From contig CAYSMB010000001.1 of NCBI GenBank assembly GCA_964432005.1, forward strand, positions 1 to 30,548: a stretch of DNA of 30,548 nucleotides. The letters are read 5' to 3'. The position numbers and the translations under genes are program-made. Below, one piece after another: positions 1 to 9,375 of the stretch; within the stretch, counting starts at the first letter, position 1, and each line of letters opens with the position of its first letter. The notes below the pieces were generated by a model, which worked only from the letters and a program-made list of their open reading frames with translations, made no database searches and was not told the origin of the DNA. The stretch is from an uncultured Halobacteriales archaeon. GTDB taxonomy: Archaea; Halobacteriota; Halobacteria; Halobacteriales; SKNY01.

Positions 1-1208
1 CCGGTCTCACGACATTTGATCGCCTCCTCGATCGCCTTGTGGATCGCGTGACCCGGTTCGGGCCCCGGAATGAACGCCCCCTCGGCGGCGAATTGCACGC
101 TGGACTCGAACATCTCGACCTGCGAGACAGCAACCGGCTCCATGAGCCCCTCGTCGACCAGGGCCGAGAGGATCGGCGACATTCCGTGATAGCGGAGCCC
201 GCCGGCGTGCGTCGGAGGCGGAACGAACGTATGCCCCAGCGTGTACATCTTCATGAGCGGCGTTTGCTTCGCCGAATCCCCGAAGTCATAGCGGTACTCG
301 CCTTTGGTCAGCGTCGGACACGCCGTCGGTTCGACGGTGTAGAAGTCGAGATCGCGTTCCCCGTTGAGGGTGTCCTTGACGAACGGGAGGGAGAACCCGC
401 CGAAGCTCGATCCGCCCCCGGTCACGCCGATGAGCATGTCCGGTTCGACGCCCGCCTGCTCGAACTGTTTCTTGGCCTCCTGGCCGATGACCGTCTGGTG
501 TAACAGGACGTGATTGAGGACTGAACCGAGGGCGTACTTGGCGTTCGGGTCCTGCGCTGCATCCTCGATCGCCTCCGCGATGGCGATCCCCAGACTCCCG
601 GGCGAATCCGGATCCTCGTCGAGGATCTCGCGTCCGGCCGCCGTCTGATCGCTCGGGCTCGGGAGGACGTCGGCCCCCCAGGTCTGCATCATCGGGACCC
701 GGTCGGCCTTCTGTTCGTAGCTCACCCGCACCATGTAGACCGTCGAGTCGAGATCCATCGCGTTGGCCCCGTAGGCCAGGGCACTGCCCCACTGACCCGC
801 CCCGGTCTCGGTCGTGAGCCGCTCGGTCCCCTCCTGGGCGTTGTAATAAGCCTGCGCGACGGCCGTGTTCGGCTTGTGGCTCCCGGCGGGGCTGACCCCC
901 TCGTATTTGAAGAATAGCTTGGCCGGGGTATCGAGCGCTTCCTCGAGGTCCCGGGCGCGATACAGCGGCGACGGTCGCCATTTCCGGTAGATCTGCCGGA
1001 CGGGTTCGGGGATCTCGATCCAGCGCTCCTGGCTCATCTCCTGTTCGATCAGGGCCTGGGGGAAAATCCGACCGAGCTTCTCCGGACCCATCGGTTCGTG
1101 TGTCTCCGGGTCCAGCGGCGGCGCGGGGTCGCCCGGCAGGTCGGCGAGCACGTTATACCAGTGGGTCGGGATCTCCGATTCGTCGAGGGTGTACTTGACC
1201 TGCGGCAT
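1..1208 (-). CDS. trpB2: TrpB-like PLP-dependent enzyme (TrpB2 subfamily), runs off the left edge
   Basis: Not in the ORF track because no stop codon falls in the window. Manual translation from ATG 1208 gives [25 protein letters not shown]...[47 protein letters not shown]...[14 protein letters not shown]. This has the PLP lysine motif GSHK and the long N-terminal extension typical of TrpB2. Confidence 0.93.
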   Translation of the reverse strand, partial: MPQVKYTLDESEIPTHWYNVLADLPGDPAPPLDPETHEPMGPEKLGRIFPQALIEQEMSQERWIEIPEPVRQIYRKWRPSPLYRARDLEEALDTPAKLFFKYEGVSPAGSHKPNTAVAQAYYNAQEGTERLTTETGAGQWGSALAYGANAMDLDSTVYMVRVSYEQKADRVPMMQTWGADVLPSPSDQTAAGREILDEDPDSPGSLGIAIAEAIEDAAQDPNAKYALGSVLNHVLLHQTVIGQEAKKQFEQAGVEPDMLIGVTGGGSSFGGFSLPFVKDTLNGERDLDFYTVEPTACPTLTKGEYRYDFGDSAKQTPLMKMYTLGHTFVPPPTHAGGLRYHGMSPILSALVDEGLMEPVAVSQVEMFESSVQFAAEGAFIPGPEPGHAIHKAIEEAIKCRET

Positions 1209-1232
1209 GTGTGAATCGCGGAGCGACCGGCT

Positions 1233-1238
1233 CATAAA
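1233..1238 (-). promoter_or_regulatory. TATA-like box of trpB2 (leaderless-type spacing)
   Basis: TTTATG on the minus strand, 24 nt upstream of ATG 1208. Confidence 0.55.
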
Positions 1239-1327
1239 TGTATGCGATCGCCTGACATGCGGAGCGTTCGGCCACGCGGCGAAGTGAGCCGATATCGTTT
1301 TAGGCGCCTGCTGGGAGGGGCCGGCTG

Positions 1328-1819
1328 ATGCACAAGGAGGGACACGTCGGGGCGGCGCTTCTCGTTTACGCGCCGGTCGGCTTCGTGGTCATGCTCGTCG
1401 TCGATGCGGAGTTCGCGCTGTTCGGTGCGGTGGCGGCTGGCGCGCTCGCGATGCTCCCCGATATCGATATGAAACTGCCGCTGATCAAACACCGCGGTCC
1501 GACCCATTCGTTCCTGTTCGCCTTGCTCGTGGGCATTGGCACGGCGGCCGTCGGCTGGTCGATAGGGGCGGATACCGGAGCGACGGCGGGGATCGGCATG
1601 GCCGCCCTCGGGCTCTATATCGGCACGGGAACCGTTGTGTCCCACATCGCCGCTGACGCGTTGACGCCGGCCGGAGTCAGCCCGTACTGGCCGGTCCGGG
1701 AAACGCATTACAGCTACGACATCACCACCGCGGCCAATCCGATCGCGAACTACCTCCTGCTGGGGATCGGCGCAGCCGCGGTGACGCTGACGATTGGCGT
1801 CGCCGGGAACGTCGTGTAA
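1328..1819 (+). CDS. Metal-dependent hydrolase, YdjM / LexA-binding inner-membrane family
   Basis: Motifs GH near the N-terminus, LPDID, HRGPTHS and [12 protein letters not shown], with several hydrophobic helices. Confidence 0.85.
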   Translation: MHKEGHVGAALLVYAPVGFVVMLVVDAEFALFGAVAAGALAMLPDIDMKLPLIKHRGPTHSFLFALLVGIGTAAVGWSIGADTGATAGIGMAALGLYIGTGTVVSHIAADALTPAGVSPYWPVRETHYSYDITTAANPIANYLLLGIGAAAVTLTIGVAGNVV

Positions 1820-1825
1820 CGATAG

Positions 1826-2218
1826 CTACGCGCAGAACATGAACGGATACATCAGCGCCACGCGATCTCCATCCTCGAGGCGGGTATCGAGGCCGTCCAA
1901 GCGTTCGTTGAACTGGCCGTTGACCGCCACTCGAGCGTAGCGGCGCGTCTGTTCGCCCGCCGGGTTTTTCCACCAGGTTCCGGGGAGTTCTTCGACGCTG
2001 GGCGCCCATCCTGGGGCCGTCGCGTCCGCCTCGGTCTCCGCGATGATCATTTCCCTGACCGGATACTCCTGGAAGAATGCTTCGAGGAATGCGCGCAATG
2101 TCCGGCCCCGAAACGTGTACGACAGCGAGCCGTTCCCGACCGTATCCCTGACGTGGCCGGTACACCGTACGGCCACGGTCGTTTGGATGGCTTCGGGGGT
2201 TCGTTCGGAGACACTCAT
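1826..2218 (-). CDS. MoaD/ThiS-fold (ubiquitin-like) protein lacking the C-terminal Gly-Gly and ending YPFMFCA
   Basis: The C-terminal half RYARVAVNGQFNERLDGLDTRLEDGDRVALMYP matches the SAMP/MoaD pattern (V.VNG...LDGLDT.L.DGD.V). Start chosen at ATG 2218 (MSVSERT), which has a TTAAG element about 26-30 nt upstream. Confidence 0.75.
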   Translation of the reverse strand: MSVSERTPEAIQTTVAVRCTGHVRDTVGNGSLSYTFRGRTLRAFLEAFFQEYPVREMIIAETEADATAPGWAPSVEELPGTWWKNPAGEQTRRYARVAVNGQFNERLDGLDTRLEDGDRVALMYPFMFCA

Positions 2219-2287
2219 TATTCCCGATTCGGCGCTCGCCGCGCTTAACGCCATCACGAATTCCCAGATCCTGAGGACGGACGGGGA

Positions 2288-3463
2288 CTAGCGACCGCGA
2301 AAGACCGCGACGATCACGTACGCGTACACGACGGCGCCGCTCAATGTAAGCACGATCCCGCCCGCCCGGATCGCGACCGCATCGATCCAAAGCGCGCCGA
2401 TCTGGGCAAGTAGCCCGAGGGCGATCGCGACGATCGAAGCGATCGCGGCACGGTCGCCAGCGAACGGCGCGGTTCCGATCGACGGGGGATAGAACTGGTA
2501 GGCGACGCCGATGATCGTCAACCCGACGAACCCGAGGAGGTTGACGCGGAGATGGACGACCGGGGTCGCCGCGTCCAGTCCTGCGAGAACCATCCACACT
2601 CCGAGGAACGCGGCCAGGACTCCAAAACCAGCCGCGACCACGACGCCATAGAGGCCCACGCGGTTCCGGTCGGATCGCCGGAAGAGGGTCCAGATCGCGA
2701 GGGCGAACCCGAGGATGGCGAGGGTCTCCATCCCGGCTGCAAGCGGTGTCCACCGGGATCCCGGCAGCGTCAACGCGAGCGCCAACGGTCCGAGTGCCCC
2801 CAGGGGGAGGACGACTCCCGCGAGGATGGATGGCGGGTGAGCGACCATGAACCGCGGCAGCAGTCTGAATCCGACGGCGAAGACTAACAACGCGCCAGTC
2901 CCCCCAGCCAGCACATGCGTTCGTGCCGGTTCATAACTCACCGCGTTCGGTAACCCGGTCGCCACGGCGAGCGTCTCATAACTGCCCCACAGGAGATAGA
3001 ACAGCGCGATCGGCATGAAGGCGTTCGCGACACGATCCACGGTTTCTCGCTCGACGTTGGCCGAACTGGTGCCCGTGTCGCGACCCGAGAGGTTGTCCCG
3101 CACCGTCCAGGCGATCTCAGCGACGAACACGACTACACCCACAGTCCACGTCAGCGCCCCGAGTGTCTTGAGCGGGACATCGACGTTTGTGATCGTAGCG
3201 AGCGCCAAGGCGACCGTGCCGAGCACGGTGAGCGGGAACTGCGCCACGGGTGCCTGCCAGTGCGCGAGCTCGCGGTCGAAGTACGAGGGGATCAACGAGT
3301 AGCCCTTCCCGAAGATCATGTGCAAGACGAACCCATAGAGGCCGAGGACGACCTCCGCCCGCCGCGCGATCCCCACGAGCTGACCGATCTGCCAGACGAG
3401 GAGGAAGGCGACGCTGGCGAGGACGTACCACTTTGCCGATCGGTCCTGACGAATGGGTTCCAT
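2288..3463 (-). CDS. Polytopic membrane protein, NnrS / heme-copper-oxidase-like threefold repeat
   Basis: About 12 hydrophobic segments and three related motifs: GFVLHMIFGKGYSLIPSYF, THVLAGGTGALLVFAVGFRLLPRF and HLRVNLLGFVGLTIIGVAYQFYPP. Confidence 0.6.
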   Translation of the reverse strand: MEPIRQDRSAKWYVLASVAFLLVWQIGQLVGIARRAEVVLGLYGFVLHMIFGKGYSLIPSYFDRELAHWQAPVAQFPLTVLGTVALALATITNVDVPLKTLGALTWTVGVVVFVAEIAWTVRDNLSGRDTGTSSANVERETVDRVANAFMPIALFYLLWGSYETLAVATGLPNAVSYEPARTHVLAGGTGALLVFAVGFRLLPRFMVAHPPSILAGVVLPLGALGPLALALTLPGSRWTPLAAGMETLAILGFALAIWTLFRRSDRNRVGLYGVVVAAGFGVLAAFLGVWMVLAGLDAATPVVHLRVNLLGFVGLTIIGVAYQFYPPSIGTAPFAGDRAAIASIVAIALGLLAQIGALWIDAVAIRAGGIVLTLSGAVVYAYVIVAVFRGR

Positions 3464-3575
3464 CGGACCTCGTCGTTCCGGCTTCAGGCCGGGATCACTC
3501 GATCATTTCGGCTCGCCGGGCGGAATCGACATTCGTTCGGGATGCTTTTTTACCGCCTCTCGGCCCCAACTCGGC

Positions 3576-4712
3576 ATGGCACCGAGGATCACCGGGATAT
3601 CGCTCACCGAGTACGACTACCCCGTCGAGGGATCCGATCGCGCCGGTCGGCGGTTCGCGATTCGCGTCAAGGCCGATGACGGGACCACGGGGTCGTTCTT
3701 CTCATTCGTCGGGGCGCCGGGGCGGGCCCAGGTCGAAATGGCTGCCCGCGCGATCGTCGGGGAAAATCCGCTCGAGCGCGAGCGCTTGTGGAACGAGATG
3801 CGCAGCACGCTTCGCCGATACGACGGGCTCGGGATCGGCCCACTGGACATCGCGCTCTGGGATTGGGCCGGGAAGTATCACGACGTCCCCATGCACGCGT
3901 TACTCGGGACGTTCCGAAGGGAGTTACCGGCGTACGCCTCCACGCAGTGGGGCCGGGCCGACGGCGGGTTACACGGACCGGAGGCCTATGCGGATTTCGC
4001 CGAGCGATGCCTCGAGCTGGGCTATCATGGGTTCAAGTCGCATGGGTTCCGCGCCCCGGCCGGGACGAGCACCCACGAGCGTGACGCGGAGATCGTCCGG
4101 GCCGTCGGCGGGCGCGTGGGCGACGAGATGGATCTCATGCACGACGTGTGGGGCGAGTACGAGACCTGGACCGATGCCCTCGCGGTGGGGCGTGCCTGTG
4201 ACGAACAGGGCTATCTCTGGTACGAGGATCCGTGCGCTGACGCCCGGTCCCACGAGGCCCATCGCCGACTACGCGAACGCCTCGATACGTTGATCTGCGG
4301 CGGCGAGCTCGTGTTCGGTCTCGAGGCCCAACGAGATTTGCTTGCGGCTGACGCGATCGACATCCTCCACATCGATCCGGAGTATCACGGAGGGATCACG
4401 GGCTCGCGGAAAATAGCGGCCGCGGCAGAGGCCGCAGGCGTCGACGTCCAGTTTCACGCGCCCGGTCCGGCCCGTCGGCACTTGATGGCCGCCACGCGAA
4501 ACACCCACTACTACGAGCTGGGTCTGGTCCATCCGGAGCAGGGCAATCCCACTGACAATCCGGTATACGTTGACGGTTATTCGGATGCCCTGGCCGCGAT
4601 CGATGCGGACGGCTGTGTCCCGGTGCCGGACGGCCCTGGCCTCGGGGTGACGATCGATTGGAACCTGGTCGCGGACAACGCGGTCGAGGAGATCGAAATC
4701 ACCGAGGAGTAG
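3576..4712 (+). CDS. Enolase superfamily, mandelate racemase / acid-sugar dehydratase-like enzyme
   Basis: GPLDIALWDWAGK, PAYAST, GFKSH, metal ligands MHD / YED / GGE, DPEYHGGIT, and C-terminal VPDGPGLGV. Start at ATG 3576 (MAPRIT) rather than 3453, which would overlap the divergent gene. Confidence 0.9.
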   Translation: MAPRITGISLTEYDYPVEGSDRAGRRFAIRVKADDGTTGSFFSFVGAPGRAQVEMAARAIVGENPLERERLWNEMRSTLRRYDGLGIGPLDIALWDWAGKYHDVPMHALLGTFRRELPAYASTQWGRADGGLHGPEAYADFAERCLELGYHGFKSHGFRAPAGTSTHERDAEIVRAVGGRVGDEMDLMHDVWGEYETWTDALAVGRACDEQGYLWYEDPCADARSHEAHRRLRERLDTLICGGELVFGLEAQRDLLAADAIDILHIDPEYHGGITGSRKIAAAAEAAGVDVQFHAPGPARRHLMAATRNTHYYELGLVHPEQGNPTDNPVYVDGYSDALAAIDADGCVPVPDGPGLGVTIDWNLVADNAVEEIEITEE

Positions 4713-4804
4713 TCACGGAGTCCGGCGGGGATCGTGGGGATGGATGATCGTAGAGCGCTTCGGTAGGGTTATTCCGATCTCCCGAGGAGTTGCCGGCACG
4801 ATCG

Positions 4805-6070
4805 ATGGCCGGAGTCGGCGAGCTGATTGGAGTCCGTTCGCGTGAGTCGGCGCTCGTGGTCGGGCTGATCAGCGGATCGCAGTTCATGAACCATGCGTTT
4901 CTGGTGTTGCTCCCGCCGATCCTCCCGATCCTATCGGGCGAGTTTAACGTCTCGTTGGGCATTCTAGGCGTCGTCCTCGGGATCCAGGCGTTCGTGAATA
5001 CCGCCTTTCAACTCCCGTTCGGATACCTCGCGGATCACTACGACCGCGCCATCGCGCTCGGGTTGTCCTCGGCGCTGGGTGCCGTCGGGGCGATCGTGAC
5101 CGCGCTCGCGCCGGACATCGGGACGCTCGTGGTGGGACAAGTCATTCTCGGTGTCGGCGTCGCCGGCCACCATCCCGCCCACTATCCGTTGATGTCGGAC
5201 GCGACCGCCGAAAGCGCTCGCGGCCGGGTGTTTGCGATCTACAACTTCGGGGGCAGCCTGGGATTCGCAACCCCGCCAGTCGTCATATCGGCGATCATCG
5301 CCATACCGGGAATGACCTGGCGACATGCCCTCGGTTTCCTGGGGGCGGTCGGACTGGTGTATGCGATCCTCTCGACGGTGCTCATCGCGTGGCGGGTTGG
5401 CGCTGACGTGACCGGTCCGAACGTCGATGTCAAGCGTTCGCAGGCGCCGCTGCTCGAACGCGTCCGGACGGAAATCCGCGCGCTCGCCGCCAACCCCGGG
5501 ATCCTGGCTCTGGCCGTGCTGGCGCTCGCGGCGTCGACTGCCCATTGGGGGATGACCTCGTATGCCGTGGTCTTTCTGACCTCGGCCTATCCCATCTCGC
5601 TGCCGCTGGCCAACCTCACGCTCACCGGCCTGTTCGTCGTCGGTGCCGGGGCGATTTTGCTGGGTGGCTATCTGACCGACAGGATCGGCGGGGGTCGCAT
5701 CCTGATCGCGAGCTTCGCGGGGTTTACCACGTTGCTGGCCCTGATCGCCTCCGGCGTGGTCCCCGCCCTCGCCGCAATGGGGCTGTTCCTCATGGTCGGC
5801 GGCGTCCGGAGTCTCGCCGGCCCGGCCCGTGACGAGCTCACCGATCGACTCGCCGGACAGGGCACAGTCGCGAAGAGTTTCGCGATCGTCACCATCGGGA
5901 TCATGCTCGGCAACGCGATCGCCCCGCCGCTGTTCGGATATATCATCGATGCCTTCGGCGTCCAAGTGGCCTTCTTCGGGATCGCGGGGGCTGCATTGAT
6001 CGCGACGCTCGTTGCGACCATGGTCGTATTCGAATTCGCGGATCACGAGCGCGGTACTTCGCGGGTATGA
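4805..6070 (+). CDS. MFS transporter
   Basis: About 12 TM segments, motif A-like GYLADHYDR and GYLTDRIGGGR. The start may be 4790 or 4805. Confidence 0.9.
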   Translation: MAGVGELIGVRSRESALVVGLISGSQFMNHAFLVLLPPILPILSGEFNVSLGILGVVLGIQAFVNTAFQLPFGYLADHYDRAIALGLSSALGAVGAIVTALAPDIGTLVVGQVILGVGVAGHHPAHYPLMSDATAESARGRVFAIYNFGGSLGFATPPVVISAIIAIPGMTWRHALGFLGAVGLVYAILSTVLIAWRVGADVTGPNVDVKRSQAPLLERVRTEIRALAANPGILALAVLALAASTAHWGMTSYAVVFLTSAYPISLPLANLTLTGLFVVGAGAILLGGYLTDRIGGGRILIASFAGFTTLLALIASGVVPALAAMGLFLMVGGVRSLAGPARDELTDRLAGQGTVAKSFAIVTIGIMLGNAIAPPLFGYIIDAFGVQVAFFGIAGAALIATLVATMVVFEFADHERGTSRV

Positions 6071-6228
6071 GCGAGGTGCCGCGTAGAAAATGAGTGGGGA
6101 CTATTGCCCTCGGCTTCGGGCGTCGGCTCATCGCCTCACTCGTCCCGATCGAACGGTCGGGACATATTTGGCTATTTCCGACATGCATCGCCCGAGCCGT
6201 TTTGCCACCGGGGCTTCAAGGACGGGTG

Positions 6229-6648
6229 ATGGCCGTGGATGCCGACCAGGGCGGGGAGGTGACCCTGGCCTTTTCCGTCGGGGCAATCGAGCGCCTCGCG
6301 GAACCAGCGGCCGCCTTCGAGGACGCCAGGGGGTGGAGCCGCCACGTCGGCGTCATCGACAATGAACGCGAGCCCATCGAGGAGACCCTGGAGCGCTACG
6401 ATCTCGATCAGGACTTCGACCAGGAGGACGAGGACAAGTGGCTGGCCCTCGAGCGCATCCGCGAGACCACCATGACGCCGCGACACGTTTACCTCGGCGT
6501 CAACGAAGAGGACCGACGGGTCGCGACCAGCCTGGGGTGGGAGTTTATCCACGTCACCGATGCCGCCGCCAAAGCCGGGTGGACCCTCCGGGAGGAACGA
6601 TCCGATTCGGGTCTCATCGCGCGGGTGCGCTCGGCCCTTCCGTTTTGA
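6229..6648 (+). CDS. Conserved haloarchaeal hypothetical protein (DUF7124-like)
   Basis: Acidic protein with pattern TLAFS...LAEPAAAFEDARGWSRHVGV...RHVYLG...LGWEF...AAAKAGW. Start at ATG 6229 (MAVDAD). Confidence 0.6.
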   Translation: MAVDADQGGEVTLAFSVGAIERLAEPAAAFEDARGWSRHVGVIDNEREPIEETLERYDLDQDFDQEDEDKWLALERIRETTMTPRHVYLGVNEEDRRVATSLGWEFIHVTDAAAKAGWTLREERSDSGLIARVRSALPF

Positions 6649-6654
6649 GGGAGG

Positions 6655-7638
6655 TTATCGATGCCCCGTGATCCCCACGGGTTCGTACGGTTCTCGAAGG
6701 TATTCCAGATCGCTGTCGCTCAACGAGATCTCGACGGCCTCGACGGCTTCTTCGAGGTGCTCGATGCTCGAGACGCCGACGATGGGAGCCGTGACGGGGT
6801 CGGTGTGCAGGTGCCACGCGACGGTGAGCTGGGCCATCGTGACATCCCGCTCGTCGGCTAATTCCTGGACGCGGCGGTTGATGGCCTCGCCGCCTCCCGA
6901 CCGATAGGCGTCGTGGCGATCCTCGCGCTCGGCGGCCTCCCGCTCCCCTCGTGGCGTTTCGTCGAAGGCCTCGTGCGGCCGGGTCAGGTACCCGCGAGCC
7001 AGCGGACTCCAGGGAATTACCCCGAGCCCTTCACGCTCGCAAAGAGGTACCATCTCGCGTTCCTCCTCCCGGTAGACCGGGTTGTAGTGGTTCTGCATCG
7101 AGACGAACCGCTCGAGCCCGTGGCGATCGCTCGTGTGCAACGCTTCGGCGAGCTGGTAGGCCCACATCGAGGAGGCTCCCAGGTAGCGAACCTGATTCCG
7201 CCGGACGGCATCGTCGAGTGTCCGTAGCGTTTCCTCGATCGGCGTGTCGTAATCCCAGCGATGGATCTGGTAGAGATCGATCGTATCGACGTTGAGTCGC
7301 TCGAGCGAGGCGGCCAACTCCTGTTCGATGGCCTTGCGGGATAGCCCCTCGGCGTTGGGGTTGTCCTCGTCCATCGGTCCCCGGACCTTCGTCGCGAGGA
7401 CGAGTTCGTCCCGGTCGTACTCGTCGATGACCGACCCGATAAGCTCCTCGCTCTGTCCGTCCCGATAGACGTTGGCCGTATCGATGAATGTCACGCCGAG
7501 CTCCAGCGCCCGTTCGAGAATCGCCCGGCTTTCGTCCTCGCCCAGCCGCCATCCTTCGCCCTCCCAGCCGAAGTTCATCGTTCCCAGCGCGATCCGGCTG
7601 ACCGAGAGGCCAGTAGAACCGAGTGTCGTATACTTCAT
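6655..7638 (-). CDS. Aldo/keto reductase
   Basis: LGSTGLSVSRIALGTMNFG, FIDTANVY, LATKV, IDLYQIHRWD, YLGASS, QNHYN, IPWSPLARG. Confidence 0.95.
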   Translation of the reverse strand: MKYTTLGSTGLSVSRIALGTMNFGWEGEGWRLGEDESRAILERALELGVTFIDTANVYRDGQSEELIGSVIDEYDRDELVLATKVRGPMDEDNPNAEGLSRKAIEQELAASLERLNVDTIDLYQIHRWDYDTPIEETLRTLDDAVRRNQVRYLGASSMWAYQLAEALHTSDRHGLERFVSMQNHYNPVYREEEREMVPLCEREGLGVIPWSPLARGYLTRPHEAFDETPRGEREAAEREDRHDAYRSGGGEAINRRVQELADERDVTMAQLTVAWHLHTDPVTAPIVGVSSIEHLEEAVEAVEISLSDSDLEYLREPYEPVGITGHR

Positions 7639-7709
7639 CCGTGCCCTGAGTGACGGATCGGGCTACAAAGATTCGGTGGGGCCATGGATGGTTGGACCCG
7701 CGATTCCTA

Positions 7710-7715
7710 TTTATG
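7710..7715 (+). promoter_or_regulatory. TATA-like box of the VOC gene
   Basis: TTTATG 21 nt upstream of ATG 7737. Confidence 0.5.
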
Positions 7716-7736
7716 CCCCGAGTCGGGTCACGGCAC

Positions 7737-8213
7737 ATGGCGTTCGATCCCGATCGAGTGGATATCGACATTCCCGAAGTGAGTCAAGTCGGCATGGTGG
7801 TCGAAGATCTCGACGATGGCATGGAGCGTTTCGAGGCCATCCTGGGCGTCGACGAATGGGCCGAACTGCGCTTCGAACCGCCGGCCCTGACCGAGGCGAC
7901 CTATCGGGGCGAGCCCGCCGAGTTCACCTTCCGCCTCGCACTGGCCGAAGTCGGCGACATCGATCTCGAGCTGATCGAACCGCTCTCGGGAGAGAACGTC
8001 TACACCGATCACCTCGAGGAACACGGCGAAGGGCTCCATCACCTCGCCTGCTATACACTCGAGGACCCCCAGGGAGCGGTGGAGCGGTTTCGGGACGCGG
8101 GGATTCCCGTGATCCAGAGCGGCGTATTCGAAGGGAGCACGTTCTGGTATCTCGACACGAGGGATGCCCTCAACGGCGTCCTCTTCGAGGTCCTCGATCG
8201 CCAGGAGAACTGA
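7737..8213 (+). CDS. VOC family protein (methylmalonyl-CoA epimerase / glyoxalase-like)
   Basis: QVGMVVEDLD, DLELIEP, HGEGLHHLAC, GVLFEVL. Start at ATG 7737. Confidence 0.88.
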   Translation: MAFDPDRVDIDIPEVSQVGMVVEDLDDGMERFEAILGVDEWAELRFEPPALTEATYRGEPAEFTFRLALAEVGDIDLELIEPLSGENVYTDHLEEHGEGLHHLACYTLEDPQGAVERFRDAGIPVIQSGVFEGSTFWYLDTRDALNGVLFEVLDRQEN

Positions 8214-8218
8214 GCCGG

Positions 8219-9280
8219 TTAAGGCCTGACGAGGATCTTGACCTCGTCGCTTTGCTCGTCCAGCAACGACCGGAACCCGTCATCGATCTCATCGAGCTCG
8301 ATCCGCGAGGTGACGAGCAGTTCGGGATCCAACGCATCGGTGGCAAAGCGGCGGATGGTGACGCTGAATTCCTCGGCGGCCCGGGGCCCGCCGTGAAACG
8401 CCGCGGTCCCGGTCAGCGTTCGTTCGCGAGTGACGATCGGGGTCGGGAAGACGGAGATCTCCTCCTCGAACAGGCTGATAATCGTCACGTCCCCGCCGGC
8501 TTTCGTCGCATCGGTCGCCTGCTCGACGGTCTGGCCGATACCCGCCACCTCGAAGGCGGCATCCACCCCGCCGGTCTCCTCGAGGATCCGCTCGACCGGA
8601 TCCTCCTCGCGCGGATCGATGAGGACGTCCGCCCCACTCTCGCCAGCCCGTTGTCGCCGGGCGTCCCGCGGCTCGGAGACGTACAGCTCCCCGGCCCCGG
8701 CGGCGCGCAGTTGCTGGATGGTGGTAAGGCCGATCGGTCCCGCGCCGAACACCGCCACGCTATCCCCGGATGAAAACGCCGAACGGTTTACCGCGTGGAG
8801 ACCGACCGTGAACGGTTCCGCCAAGGCGGCGAGCTCGACCGGGACGGAATCGGGCACGGGGATGGCCTTCTCGGCGGATACCACGAGCTCCTCGGCGAAC
8901 CCTCCACCACCGCCCGAGATCCCGACGAAACCGCCGTTCTCGCACCGGTTGTACTCGCCGGCATGACAGTATCGGCAGTCGCCACACCACAGGATCGGGT
9001 TGACGGCGACCTGCATGCCCTCGGTGATCCCCTCGACGATTTCGCCGACCTCGACCACCGTCCCGCCGAGTTCGTGGCCGATCGTGATCGGCGTTGTTTC
9101 GCCGGTGATTGGGTGCGGCTCATCGGCGATGTCGTCCGCCCCATCGGTGTACATATGCAGGTCGGAGCCACAGATCCCACACCCCGCCACGTCGATGCGA
9201 ACTTCGTTGACCCCGGGCGATCGCGCCTCCACGTCCTCCACCCGAACATCTTCTGGACCATAGAACCGGGCTGCTTGCAT
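8219..9280 (-). CDS. Zn-dependent medium-chain dehydrogenase, 2,3-butanediol dehydrogenase-like
   Basis: GICGSDLH, GHE, structural Zn site CGDCRYC...C, GAGPIG, and GFVGISGGGGGFAE typical of BDH-like enzymes. Confidence 0.9.
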   Translation of the reverse strand: MQAARFYGPEDVRVEDVEARSPGVNEVRIDVAGCGICGSDLHMYTDGADDIADEPHPITGETTPITIGHELGGTVVEVGEIVEGITEGMQVAVNPILWCGDCRYCHAGEYNRCENGGFVGISGGGGGFAEELVVSAEKAIPVPDSVPVELAALAEPFTVGLHAVNRSAFSSGDSVAVFGAGPIGLTTIQQLRAAGAGELYVSEPRDARRQRAGESGADVLIDPREEDPVERILEETGGVDAAFEVAGIGQTVEQATDATKAGGDVTIISLFEEEISVFPTPIVTRERTLTGTAAFHGGPRAAEEFSVTIRRFATDALDPELLVTSRIELDEIDDGFRSLLDEQSDEVKILVRP

Positions 9281-9304
9281 ACAAGACGGTCAGCAGTGGC
9301 CCTC

Positions 9305-9312
9305 GTTTAAAC
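9305..9312. promoter_or_regulatory. Palindromic TATA-like element GTTTAAAC in a divergent promoter
   Basis: Lies 24 nt upstream of the minus-strand dehydrogenase start (9280). Confidence 0.45.
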
Positions 9313-9375
9313 TCGCCGGTGGGCATGATGCATATTGGCTGGCGGTCTACTACAGCGGCGGGAGACGGCGCCGCT

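Noticed and set aside
39-981. ORFs 39..503 (+) and 286..981 (-)
   Set aside because: Both are shadows of trpB2, whose real frame has no stop in the window and so was not called.
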